The notes under the pieces were generated by a model that made no database searches, was not told where the DNA came from, and saw only the letters and a program-made list of their open reading frames with translations. From positions 4,581 through 68,580 of the IMG/VR virus record IMGVR_UViG_3300003523_000075: a stretch of DNA of 64,000 nucleotides; one strand, written 5' to 3'. Origin of the DNA: a virus. Lineage: Duplodnaviria; Caudoviricetes. Position 1 is the stretch's first letter. Each line of letters starts with the position of its first letter. The translations under genes and the position numbers were made by a program. Positions 57,201-64,000 of the stretch are shown here, piece after piece.

Positions 57201-59562
57201 CATTTTCAGGATTAACATTATATATTAAATTACGAAGACTTTTAATACTTTCGTTTATTTCATGTAATTCTTCAGTTCCTTCTATTGTAGAAAGTCTTGT
57301 TTTATCATTAAGAAGTTTTTTCTTTTCTTGTTCAAGTTCTCCTAATTGTTCAGTTAGATAAGAAACTTGTATCATGTCTTGCCAAGATAGTTTAAGAGTA
57401 TCTAATTGTTGAGCAATATCTTGATGTTCTCTTAAATAATCTTCATTAACCTTCGCACTAGCTTTCCATCTTTCTAATTCAGTATTTAATTTATCTTTAT
57501 ATAATTCTTTATTAATATTTTCTCTAGCTATAAGTTGTATATATTCTGTAGGAACATAATCACCAGTTTCAGCTGTTATTTGTTTTGATAAATTATTAAG
57601 ATGTTTTACATTAGAATCATATTTATTTTGTACTTCATCTATTAATCTTAAATCTTCTGCTTGTTGACGTACAGATTCTTCTTCACTAATACCTAATTTT
57701 TCACTTATAGCTTTTCTAACATTTTCATCAGCAATATAAGACTTTAATTGTTTAATAGTACCTGCATCCATAGCTGTAAGAGCCATCTGAGTAATTCTAT
57801 CTCTTCTAGCTCTTTCTTTTAACAATTCAGCTTCTTCAGGAGTAATAGTTCTATTTTCACTTGGATTGAATGGATCTTTACCTTCATTAATAGCTTTTAC
57901 TTGACTTTGATAAATATCATCAGCCATCAATCTATTACGAAGTTCAGCTTCAGCTCGTTTAGTATCATCACTAAACCATAATTCTTTATATTTAGGTTCA
58001 GCTACTTCTTTACCTTCTGCTTTAAGTTTTTCATATCTTTCTTTTGCTTTTTTATTTTCTTCTTTTCTATCTAAAGCAACTCTACCTTTATTAAATGCAG
58101 AACCTAAACCTTGGAAAGCAATACCACCAGCAACACCCCAAAATGCACTTTCCCATAATTCAGGTTGATTAATATAACTATTAAATCTTTTACTAAAATA
58201 AGATTCATTAGCATCTCCTAACATAACATGCCCAAGATTCATTCCTTCCTCTTGAGCAATATAGTTAATACCTTCTTCTAAACCTTCACTTAATTGAGCA
58301 CCTATTGTTAATGTAGAACCTACTGTTAAATCATTTATTTTATCTAATGCTTTTCTTTTAAATGTTTTATTTCTTTGGATTTCTTTAAGTTCTTCTACAG
58401 TTTTATATTTACCAGCATATCGTTTAGCATCTTTGTTTAAACGTCTTGCTTCAGTAGTAAGTTTAGCATTTCTAAATCCATGAAATGGTATATTCTTAAG
58501 AGCATAAAGTTGAATAACATCAAATACAGTATTTACATAATCTATTTTAAATGTAGTATCAGCAGCTTTTTTAGCTATATCTTTAGCAACTGCATCTCTG
58601 TCATTAACATCAACATTTTCACTTATACTATCTTTATTTTGTTCTAACCATTCTTGATATTCTTCTGGTGTCATATTGTTAAACTTCTCAGAAGCATCAG
58701 CATACATATTATTATATGTTTGTCTAGCTTCTTGATAGTTTTCCATAGTTCTACTTAAAGCAGCTGTAGCAAAATTTTCACCCATAAGTTTGAGTGTTTC
58801 TTTTGTACCAGATGAAGGAGTAAATGCAGTTTTTAACCCAGTAAGTTTTTCATTTTTTATTGCTTTTTCAGCATTAGTTGCAAACTTTTCAGTTTTAGCT
58901 GCTTTACGCATTAATTTATCTGCTTTTGCAGCACTATTAAGTCCTTTAACTCCTTTACCTGCAAGTTTTGCTAATTTAACAGCACCAGTACTAGGAATAA
59001 GAAGTGTTAGTGAACTCATAATACTTGGAATATTATTAGCCCACCAACCTACATCTCCTAGTCCACCATGTGCTATATCTACACCAGGAGTCGTATAAAT
59101 AGGTGCTATCTCATTATTAAATTTATCCTGCCAACCTTCTAAAGTTCTGCTGACAGGATTATTAAAATCATGATCTGAAACACCTATTGCTTGTCCTACT
59201 GCATCAAACAAATCTGATATAGCTAGTCCAGTACCTAAACCTATTTCTGAAACAACAGTTTGAGCAATAGCATTTCCAATTTTTTCCCAACCAGATTGTG
59301 CAGCAGCTAATTGTTCATCTAGTTTACCACTAGCATAATCTTGAGGATTAAATCTAATTCCTCTATCTAAATATTTTTTAACATCTTCATAATTTATATT
59401 AAATGCTGAAGGAGATGTTTTTTCTAATTCTTTATGAATATAAGGATCATAATCAGAAGCAAACAAATTATCGGTAGGATTTATTGCAATTTCAGGAAGT
59501 ATGTCAGCTATTGATTCTTGAGATTTGTTGCTATTTGAAGTAACACTTTTTGGAATAGGCAT
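51265..59562 (-). CDS. Giant ejected cargo protein with zincin protease motif and C-terminal ADP-ribosyltransferase/2H-phosphodiesterase cassette
   Basis: 2765 aa. HEQIH...EEFLVE (53050-53064). QVRTKAFKEWFGDW...DENGEPKLFYHGT...IFFT...NPNQIKSAT with an inserted HHST...HITL domain. Confidence 0.8.
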   Translation of the reverse strand: MPIPKSVTSNSNKSQESIADILPEIAINPTDNLFASDYDPYIHKELEKTSPSAFNINYEDVKKYLDRGIRFNPQDYASGKLDEQLAAAQSGWEKIGNAIAQTVVSEIGLGTGLAISDLFDAVGQAIGVSDHDFNNPVSRTLEGWQDKFNNEIAPIYTTPGVDIAHGGLGDVGWWANNIPSIMSSLTLLIPSTGAVKLAKLAGKGVKGLNSAAKADKLMRKAAKTEKFATNAEKAIKNEKLTGLKTAFTPSSGTKETLKLMGENFATAALSRTMENYQEARQTYNNMYADASEKFNNMTPEEYQEWLEQNKDSISENVDVNDRDAVAKDIAKKAADTTFKIDYVNTVFDVIQLYALKNIPFHGFRNAKLTTEARRLNKDAKRYAGKYKTVEELKEIQRNKTFKRKALDKINDLTVGSTLTIGAQLSEGLEEGINYIAQEEGMNLGHVMLGDANESYFSKRFNSYINQPELWESAFWGVAGGIAFQGLGSAFNKGRVALDRKEENKKAKERYEKLKAEGKEVAEPKYKELWFSDDTKRAEAELRNRLMADDIYQSQVKAINEGKDPFNPSENRTITPEEAELLKERARRDRITQMALTAMDAGTIKQLKSYIADENVRKAISEKLGISEEESVRQQAEDLRLIDEVQNKYDSNVKHLNNLSKQITAETGDYVPTEYIQLIARENINKELYKDKLNTELERWKASAKVNEDYLREHQDIAQQLDTLKLSWQDMIQVSYLTEQLGELEQEKKKLLNDKTRLSTIEGTEELHEINESIKSLRNLIYNVNPENGKSALLFGIQNSLNYKTVTDKDNTEKIIQDVEGSKEYVAIAKAIEEGNFNYLKTLDEKLSDIDEYALQAFQVFQDTYSRHLGKNSVESLTELSPELFADYSTIAAIQTEKALLEPTIITSKSQFEHELEYKHNVMNDLRQKAVADAIETLKSLSDKYGKDVIKSAVYQCFYGKQFNDIPGLEALSDADKTLLKNTLNYLNLSSSLNRNLFMAIERILDTHADVKAARVDTEENKEKENEKKSSSKSENSKSDNKKQSPTDISKKQQKPTKQAKTDTSEAVGQSKEPFNPQSGLVKYQRSDDGLVYIENGEIAEEINLLGTNNQGQIVTEDIRTTLGHKRLEDPEFYDQEEGVSLMDETPEGEPAWLFAKRPIVRIQNGQIVEVVEKGRLVVNNEENRAKIERDNYNQEQQENEELEAEEDASILSTGEEIETPIEDTYMSDTIPPDDDVEIPNDDILETGIEDLSKVEEVESIFDNKIYNKLITAIKTGNKIDYSALESELSMIPEYRELLKDPNLIDKADKVLRKAVKTAEELYNLSVDKVNKEGNAVVDAVVKASNIKENIAASTAEDIQNFKDSVDNLVKTYINYISEEAIDGKYYISLNSLLSFCNKVCGGNSHISEVLFNKLKTVLEQDIEHYVLTDSNVEEALNLSRIKAIERLKHIHPISKNEFPVNLMDVIEYLNKNNDKDSLKKLYDTIDSLNINDKIKVSKTDKAIEFEINGIHIGHFPYPEVLSDGGYKQVNEGWNYDVHFEGNGGIRSDLKTLFTRWLLNGISGSDPKAKELNDIILKWAYYRNYLNQEQFDNLVSDFANHPYIQDAKKNGYANSNTDDVTLLNHLGKIWGYMKEVEPDEDSKDFINDLRKLSVNHWFNKVFTSINLVLNLQASADSDVVVSDITEGKRIELESGEKINYNEIEDKLYPASKAIGSEHKGTIRLASCEKTGKLLVAGNNKDRTDNKPYISTETGEIDRPNATVGNTCVLIPVRSTSTNAKPELIQAYPRTIANINTDKRSSKKGKDFTSALKKYIKSELQDIAENPSLDKLERLLTSLFNNRIGGNTINSGLLYGFVKVAKNSNTGKTIGFNISKRDSNNSPYLSIMLVSDNNGFLQLRIKGDKSYNVPTDYNTITDSNEIVDTLVNTLTNNFTININHEFVKSDTTHTVPESEIVSIPKSTGKFTITLGDKVFEYDTYNDFILDNDLVLLRTRPNLENGKTNFDRFGGGNPEAAQQVKLKVVSVTSPVRRNEEKPIITKVKEILDTIDVEKDNKPSASETASKRLVKTIFTGVAKYDKSITDNILKNLLKGLNFNSQMIDLFPKNLIFVNKYIGDNAYTNVSKDKTYKDETLGIEVPAGTTVIGKEWLDLANGTIEDKKEAVRKLIHEQIHQVLIGTKDSEIDKLREVFDEFAAKNTNSSLNKYLYNLTEEDKKLYYTDGKINRRGLEEFLVETLTSKELALTLDSIDADKVESGKRKQSLLQKIFNFLAKAFGWKINNKQGLLQKEFNTLSTVFTIYDNQQKEVEEIVEPKTEEEKPVIKKKVVRKKVNTKQLELTLDEDLKEPEVQEEINETKEEPIVEQDNTIVSDTQSVDSSSIISDDDLINFSSIQEEKVDYTEEMQKIKDQAIADGTFMKAPNGNHTNLNERQWLQVRTKAFKEWFGDWENPTIFTANNVDNIKELMDKYPSELPNKFYHHSTNKFGRQPFDNREGNKEKLHIIGRLTTDKVDVLVVENPNSDNKISHITLATAEGVKPFESNKELENNQDKIQPLDDYVDTTFTNNLRSDVSKAVDENGEPKLFYHGTDKDFNTFEIDENNERGKHLVHDKHSIFFTDSYNKAFRYKKNRVITVFLNMRTPAYSSVKDGKYKTLSEYTARENELIKDNNYDSVIIERYDKESNMSNPTTQWVVKNPNQIKSATDNIGTYSTEDNDIRKSSIQEIKTSKDVIEDKSSSISDFINRFEGDEREQIVDRINKGEFNISCKK

Positions 59563-59580
59563 AATATTGTATATTTTGTG

Positions 59581-61626
59581 TTATTTAATTTTACTATACT
59601 TATTATTTATGTTATCTATTTCATTCAATTTTCGTTCTAGATAATCATAAAGTTCATTTACGTATTTTCTAAAATAAGATTGATTTGGAGTTAAATAATC
59701 ATCAGAAACACCGCCTTCTTCTTCTGTATGTATTAATTGGTCTATTGTAATAGGTTCATTATTCAAATCAACTATACTATTATTTAATATTCCATTAAAT
59801 ATAGATTTATCATAAGCTGCAGCAAAAGAACCTATTGTACTAGTAAGTAAAACTTGTCTTAAAGGTTTTGTTACAATAACACCTTTTACATTAGAATTAG
59901 AACTAAAAACTTCATTTTGCAATCTATCTTTTAATAAATCACAAGTATATAAAGCTTTTTCTTCTCCAATACCTAATGATTCGCTATTCACACTTCCATC
60001 ATCATGTTTTATATAATATCGTTCTCCTTTTTTTACAACACTTTCACCACCTTCAAATCTAGCAAATTCACTTCCATTATCTACATTTTGAGATATTTGA
60101 TTTATTAAAACTTCATTACTAGAAGCATATTGTTTAGCATATTCGTTATTAGCTTTCCAAAAAATTTGATGTTCAACTCCACCTTTACCTGTTACAGTAA
60201 AAATAAAACCAGGAACGTTTCCATTATCATAACCAAATTGTACTGCTATATCTTTATCAGCAAATATAGATTTTGATTCTTTATTTTTACTTACAGGATC
60301 ACTAACTAAAGTACTCCATTCACTTTGGTTTTCCAATGGTGCAAACAAACCAACATCTCCTTTTTTATTATACTTATTAGATATACCAGTAACAAGAAGA
60401 TTATCAGTATTAGTTTCTGTTTTAAGAAGATTTATAAGTTTTGTTTCTAAATCTTTATCTATTGTTCTAAAAGTACTATATTTTACAGTTCCGTTTTTTA
60501 AACCATTTACTAAAGCAGGAGTACAATCGTACATAGGCATATCAGTTATAGTAATGTTATGTACTTCTGCATATTGTTTATCTCCAAAAGCTCTGTTTAC
60601 TTTATCATTATCGTATTTTAAATTTCCTATCATTCTTTGTATTGAAGATATAATTCTTCCTTGATTATTATTTTCATCTTTAAAAATAGTATTTCCTTCA
60701 GAATCTCTACCTTCTAAATTAAGTGTATTATGTATTCCTTGTAACATTCTGTTTGGAATACAATCTAAAATCTTTAAAGCTAAATTATTTTCTAAATTCT
60801 TATTAAAACTAAAATCTAAACCGCCTCTATCGCCAGCACTAGGTTCGACAACAACTCCTAAATTTTTTAAATCATCTATTGTTAGATTATATTTTCTCAA
60901 ATTATTACTGAATTCTTCAAGTAATCTACCGTCTTTTACTAAAAAATCAGCACCTAAAAAACCAACTTCTTTTTTAGGTATAGTAAAATGTAAATCTGTT
61001 ACATTTCTATCTATAGAGTTTACGAGAGTTTCAGAATTATTTACCATTTCTTTATGCGGATAATAAACTCCTTTTTCTCTATACATTGTTACATCTGTAG
61101 GAATTTCTTCAAATATGTTAGTAAAAGCGTCTTTACTACCTAAATTAGCTAAATAATTATCAAGTCTATGAGCTATAGGATATTCTTCTCTAAATTGATT
61201 TTGATTCATTTTATAACCTAAATTACCATCAGGTTTTTTCTTGGATAAATCTTTTCTAAATCTAATATCTCTAAAACCAGTTTGCCCATATAAAAAGCTA
61301 TTCCATGTGTCTATTGTTGTTTTATCTCCTATATTCTCAACAGCTCTTAAATTACGTTGTAATTTAGAACCTTGAGTCCAATTATTTATGAAAACTGATG
61401 ATATAGCACTTCCTTGACCTCTATTTCCAGCTACAAATGAAGACATAGATTTGTTATAAGAAGTGTAATCAAAAACACTTTGATAATATTCTTGAGCAGA
61501 AGCAACACTATCTATAGTTTTTTGATCATCAGATTCCAAATCAATAGCATAATACGTAACTCCGTTACTATTTGCTTTATATCTAACTCCTTTTTTAGGA
61601 TTTTCTTCGTCTAATATTGTACTCAT
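59581..61626 (-). CDS. Putative ejected virion cargo protein
   Basis: 681-aa ORF in the cargo/RNAP operon. No recognisable enzyme motif. Confidence 0.65.
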   Translation of the reverse strand: MSTILDEENPKKGVRYKANSNGVTYYAIDLESDDQKTIDSVASAQEYYQSVFDYTSYNKSMSSFVAGNRGQGSAISSVFINNWTQGSKLQRNLRAVENIGDKTTIDTWNSFLYGQTGFRDIRFRKDLSKKKPDGNLGYKMNQNQFREEYPIAHRLDNYLANLGSKDAFTNIFEEIPTDVTMYREKGVYYPHKEMVNNSETLVNSIDRNVTDLHFTIPKKEVGFLGADFLVKDGRLLEEFSNNLRKYNLTIDDLKNLGVVVEPSAGDRGGLDFSFNKNLENNLALKILDCIPNRMLQGIHNTLNLEGRDSEGNTIFKDENNNQGRIISSIQRMIGNLKYDNDKVNRAFGDKQYAEVHNITITDMPMYDCTPALVNGLKNGTVKYSTFRTIDKDLETKLINLLKTETNTDNLLVTGISNKYNKKGDVGLFAPLENQSEWSTLVSDPVSKNKESKSIFADKDIAVQFGYDNGNVPGFIFTVTGKGGVEHQIFWKANNEYAKQYASSNEVLINQISQNVDNGSEFARFEGGESVVKKGERYYIKHDDGSVNSESLGIGEEKALYTCDLLKDRLQNEVFSSNSNVKGVIVTKPLRQVLLTSTIGSFAAAYDKSIFNGILNNSIVDLNNEPITIDQLIHTEEEGGVSDDYLTPNQSYFRKYVNELYDYLERKLNEIDNINNKYSKIK

Positions 61627-61650
61627 ATAACAAATATATTTAAATTATTA

Positions 61651-62754
61651 TTATCTTACATTTACACTATAATTACCAGGAGATTGTAATACAACTGCTG
61701 TTCCTCCTGTTGTTTGACCAGTATATGGTGTTATTCCTTGTCCTTCATAATCATCACCATTTCCACTACGAGGTTTTGTTTTAGTTTCATCAGTATGTAT
61801 TAAATTATAATTATAAGCATATCTTCTAGCATAATCTTTGCAAACTTGTTTTATATATTCATTATCACTCATTGAATTTTCTCCAATCATATAAGTTTCT
61901 TGTATATGATTTATTTTTTCTTGTACTTTAGGATCTGGATCATCAGAATGAGTTTCTACATAATGAACTTGAGCTCTTAAATTTTGTAATACCATATTTC
62001 TATAAGTATCATTGTTAGCTAAACTTGTTTCAAATTCTTTAGCTATTTCCGGTTCACTAAGCCATTCTTTTATTCCACTACTACTTATATGTACAATACT
62101 TCCAGTCTCTTCATCTATATCAGAATAACCATTAGAAGGTCCTTGTTTATTAGGTGTTATACTTTTAGCTATACCTGCAAACATAGCATCTATATCTCCT
62201 TGAGATACAGGAATCCAATTACTTTTCCATTCTTCACTGCCTATAATTTTACCAGAATTATCACGTACCCAATTAGCATTAAATTTATTAGTATGTTCCC
62301 AATATTCTCTTACTTCATCACTAATATCTCCTTTATTTGCTCTATCTCTAACAGTTTTTAATGCTTCTTGATATCTAGCTGTGTTTTGAATAAGACCTAA
62401 ATAAGCTGGATCATTAGTTAAATCTCCAGCACTTTGTTGAGCAGCTTCTATAGCAGCAGCAGCATCTCCACGTTCTGATGCAGCAAGTATCGGTTCTTCT
62501 AATTGTTGAGCAAATTCATCAAAAAATCTAAGAGAATCTTCATCTTGATTAACTTTAAGTCTAGCTTCACCTAATGCTTTTTTAAGTGCTGCTTTATGTG
62601 TTGAAGCTTTCTCATTACGTTCTTCAATTTGTGCTAAACTACGTTGAAGAATATTTACATCAGGAGTAAAAGGTTTATACTCTAAAGGGTTAAATGCTAC
62701 ACCTTGATAAGGTATAGCATTTGGAGCAATTAAATCTTCTATATTTTTAGCCAT
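61651..62754 (-). CDS. Putative ejected virion cargo protein
   Basis: 367 aa, helical Ala/Gln/Glu-rich, in the cargo operon. Confidence 0.65.
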   Translation of the reverse strand: MAKNIEDLIAPNAIPYQGVAFNPLEYKPFTPDVNILQRSLAQIEERNEKASTHKAALKKALGEARLKVNQDEDSLRFFDEFAQQLEEPILAASERGDAAAAIEAAQQSAGDLTNDPAYLGLIQNTARYQEALKTVRDRANKGDISDEVREYWEHTNKFNANWVRDNSGKIIGSEEWKSNWIPVSQGDIDAMFAGIAKSITPNKQGPSNGYSDIDEETGSIVHISSSGIKEWLSEPEIAKEFETSLANNDTYRNMVLQNLRAQVHYVETHSDDPDPKVQEKINHIQETYMIGENSMSDNEYIKQVCKDYARRYAYNYNLIHTDETKTKPRSGNGDDYEGQGITPYTGQTTGGTAVVLQSPGNYSVNVR

Positions 62755-62760
62755 ATTTAT

Positions 62761-64000
62761 TTAAATTAAATTATTAACATCAATACCTCTCTTTCTAAGT
62801 GCATATTCAAGCATTGATTTTTGACGTCTTCCTGAATCATCTAAATCTTTACTACCTAATGCTTGATAAGCAGCTATTAAATCTTCATCACTACCATTTT
62901 GTGTAAGATATCTATTATATGCTTCATTACTAGCACCTAATAATGCAAGATTTACATCTTGTCTATATTTAGCATTAGCACCTAAAGTATTAGCAAATGT
63001 ATTACCAATACTAGCAGTTGTATTACCCCATATTTGTCCAATATTTTGAGCTCTACCAGCATCAATACCTGCAATACTTAAATCTCTATTAGCTAATGTT
63101 TGACCAATACCTAATACTTTTTGATTTGCTATATCTGCATTATATTTAGCTACATCTACTCTATGTGCAAGATATTGTTGACTTGCTTGATTATCCATCA
63201 TAGCATTTCTCATAGCAACTTCATTAATAGTTTGCTGATTAGCTTGTTTAATCTTTTCAGCAACTTCATTACCTGCACCATAAATCTTACTTCTCATATC
63301 ATAAGCATTAGTTTCAGCATTTGTATATCTATTCAAACCAGCAGCTGCACTAACACTTCCTCTTCTAATATCTCCACGTTGTTTTTGTAAACTTCTTTCA
63401 ACAGATGCTAATTGAGGATTAAGATTTACATAAGGATCTCTAACAGCAGCCATTGCATGAGCAGCAGAAAAATCACTTCTACGAATAAGATTAGGATCAA
63501 TTCCTCTTAATTGATTATAAGCATCAACAAGATGTTGAGAAGCTGTTTTAGCACCACCAGCATTAATTCTAGCAGCTTTATTAGCAGCAATTGTACTAAT
63601 ACCAGCACCAACTATATTTGCTAATCCTGTAACACCAGCACCTATAAGATTTTCAGCAGAAGAATCTAATTTATAATTTGAAGATTTAGGTTGAGTAGTT
63701 GTTGAAGGTTTAGAATTTAATACAGCATTTACAGCATTTTTAGGACCATTAGGTAAAACAGAAGTATTTACTGGATTAACTGTTGAAACTCTAGGTGCAA
63801 TATCTAATTGAAAAAGCATCGGATTGTATAAACCACCATAAGCTTTTTTAATTCTACCACCACATTTTTGTTTTTCTCTATTATTCATAATATATTCAAT
63901 ACCTCCAACAGTAGGAGCAATAGTATCAGTTGAAAAATTAATTGGATTACTTAAATCAAATAATGCAACACTATTTCCACCAGCTTTACGTTTATTCCAC
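62761..64000 (-). CDS. Putative ejected cargo protein, 5-prime end beyond window
   Basis: The frame stays open upstream of the track ATG (63888) to 64000 (WNKRKAGGNSV...GIEYI-MNN). Contains KRKAGG, KQKCGG and KKAYGG motifs and Ala/Gly/Asn-rich amphipathic segments. Confidence 0.7.
   Translation of the reverse strand, partial: WNKRKAGGNSVALFDLSNPINFSTDTIAPTVGGIEYIMNNREKQKCGGRIKKAYGGLYNPMLFQLDIAPRVSTVNPVNTSVLPNGPKNAVNAVLNSKPSTTTQPKSSNYKLDSSAENLIGAGVTGLANIVGAGISTIAANKAARINAGGAKTASQHLVDAYNQLRGIDPNLIRRSDFSAAHAMAAVRDPYVNLNPQLASVERSLQKQRGDIRRGSVSAAAGLNRYTNAETNAYDMRSKIYGAGNEVAEKIKQANQQTINEVAMRNAMMDNQASQQYLAHRVDVAKYNADIANQKVLGIGQTLANRDLSIAGIDAGRAQNIGQIWGNTTASIGNTFANTLGANAKYRQDVNLALLGASNEAYNRYLTQNGSDEDLIAAYQALGSKDLDDSGRRQKSMLEYALRKRGIDVNNLI

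Noticed and set aside
1368-63390. Numerous antisense or alternative-frame ORFs inside long genes (e.g. 1368-1814, 21279-21629, 23846-24268, 34839-35267, 58790-59098)
   Set aside because: These are shadow ORFs of AT-rich coding strands, rich in F/I/S, with no start context or motifs.
1-64000. Stop-codon reassignment (TAG=Gln or TGA=Trp), known in some crAss-like phages
   Set aside because: Terminase, polymerase and the 4542-aa and 2765-aa genes are uninterrupted in code 11. TAG and TGA end several genes, and the tRNA-Gln has a normal UUG anticodon.
1-64000. Diversity-generating retroelement, integrase or transposase
   Set aside because: No reverse transcriptase, recombinase or transposase motifs, and no template/variable repeat pair in this window.

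Overview
A 64-kb internal segment of a very AT-rich crAss-like phage genome (Crassvirales; Bacteroidota host inferred from TAnnTTTG promoters and Shine-Dalgarno-less, A-rich start contexts). It uses the standard genetic code. There are three blocks. (i) 1-6543, minus strand: late packaging/lysis genes (portal N-terminus, large terminase, two overlapping spanin-like membrane proteins, L,D-transpeptidase-like endolysin, PD-(D/E)XK nuclease, IHF/HU-like protein). (ii) After an extremely AT-rich, repeat-containing divergent intergenic region (candidate origin), 7535-36424 on the plus strand: small early genes, three tRNAs (Leu-UAA, Glu-UUC, Gln-UUG), several strongly base-paired non-coding stretches, and the replication/recombination module (Dda-like SF1 helicase, UDG-like, family B DNA polymerase, degenerate SF2-like protein, RecT-like, SSB-like, DnaG-type primase, ATP-dependent ligase, DUF1599, Gp157, DUF932, dUTPase, thioredoxin-like). 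(iii) 36607-64000, minus strand: ejected virion cargo genes, namely the 4542-aa virion RNA polymerase (DFDID), a 2765-aa zincin-containing giant protein, smaller cargo proteins and a frameshifted muramidase. The main unexplained signals are: a dispersed 17-copy DNA motif (consensus about TTYCTAYGGGGGAG) written into synonymous codon positions on both strands; an in-frame 328-codon cassette in the giant cargo protein in which a 2H-phosphodiesterase domain is nested inside an ADP-ribosyltransferase-like domain (candidate co-injected anti-defence module); patches of about 10-bp periodic sequence; a repeated 15-mer before the first early genes; and several candidate structured ncRNAs. All family assignments come from motif recognition by eye, with no database searches.
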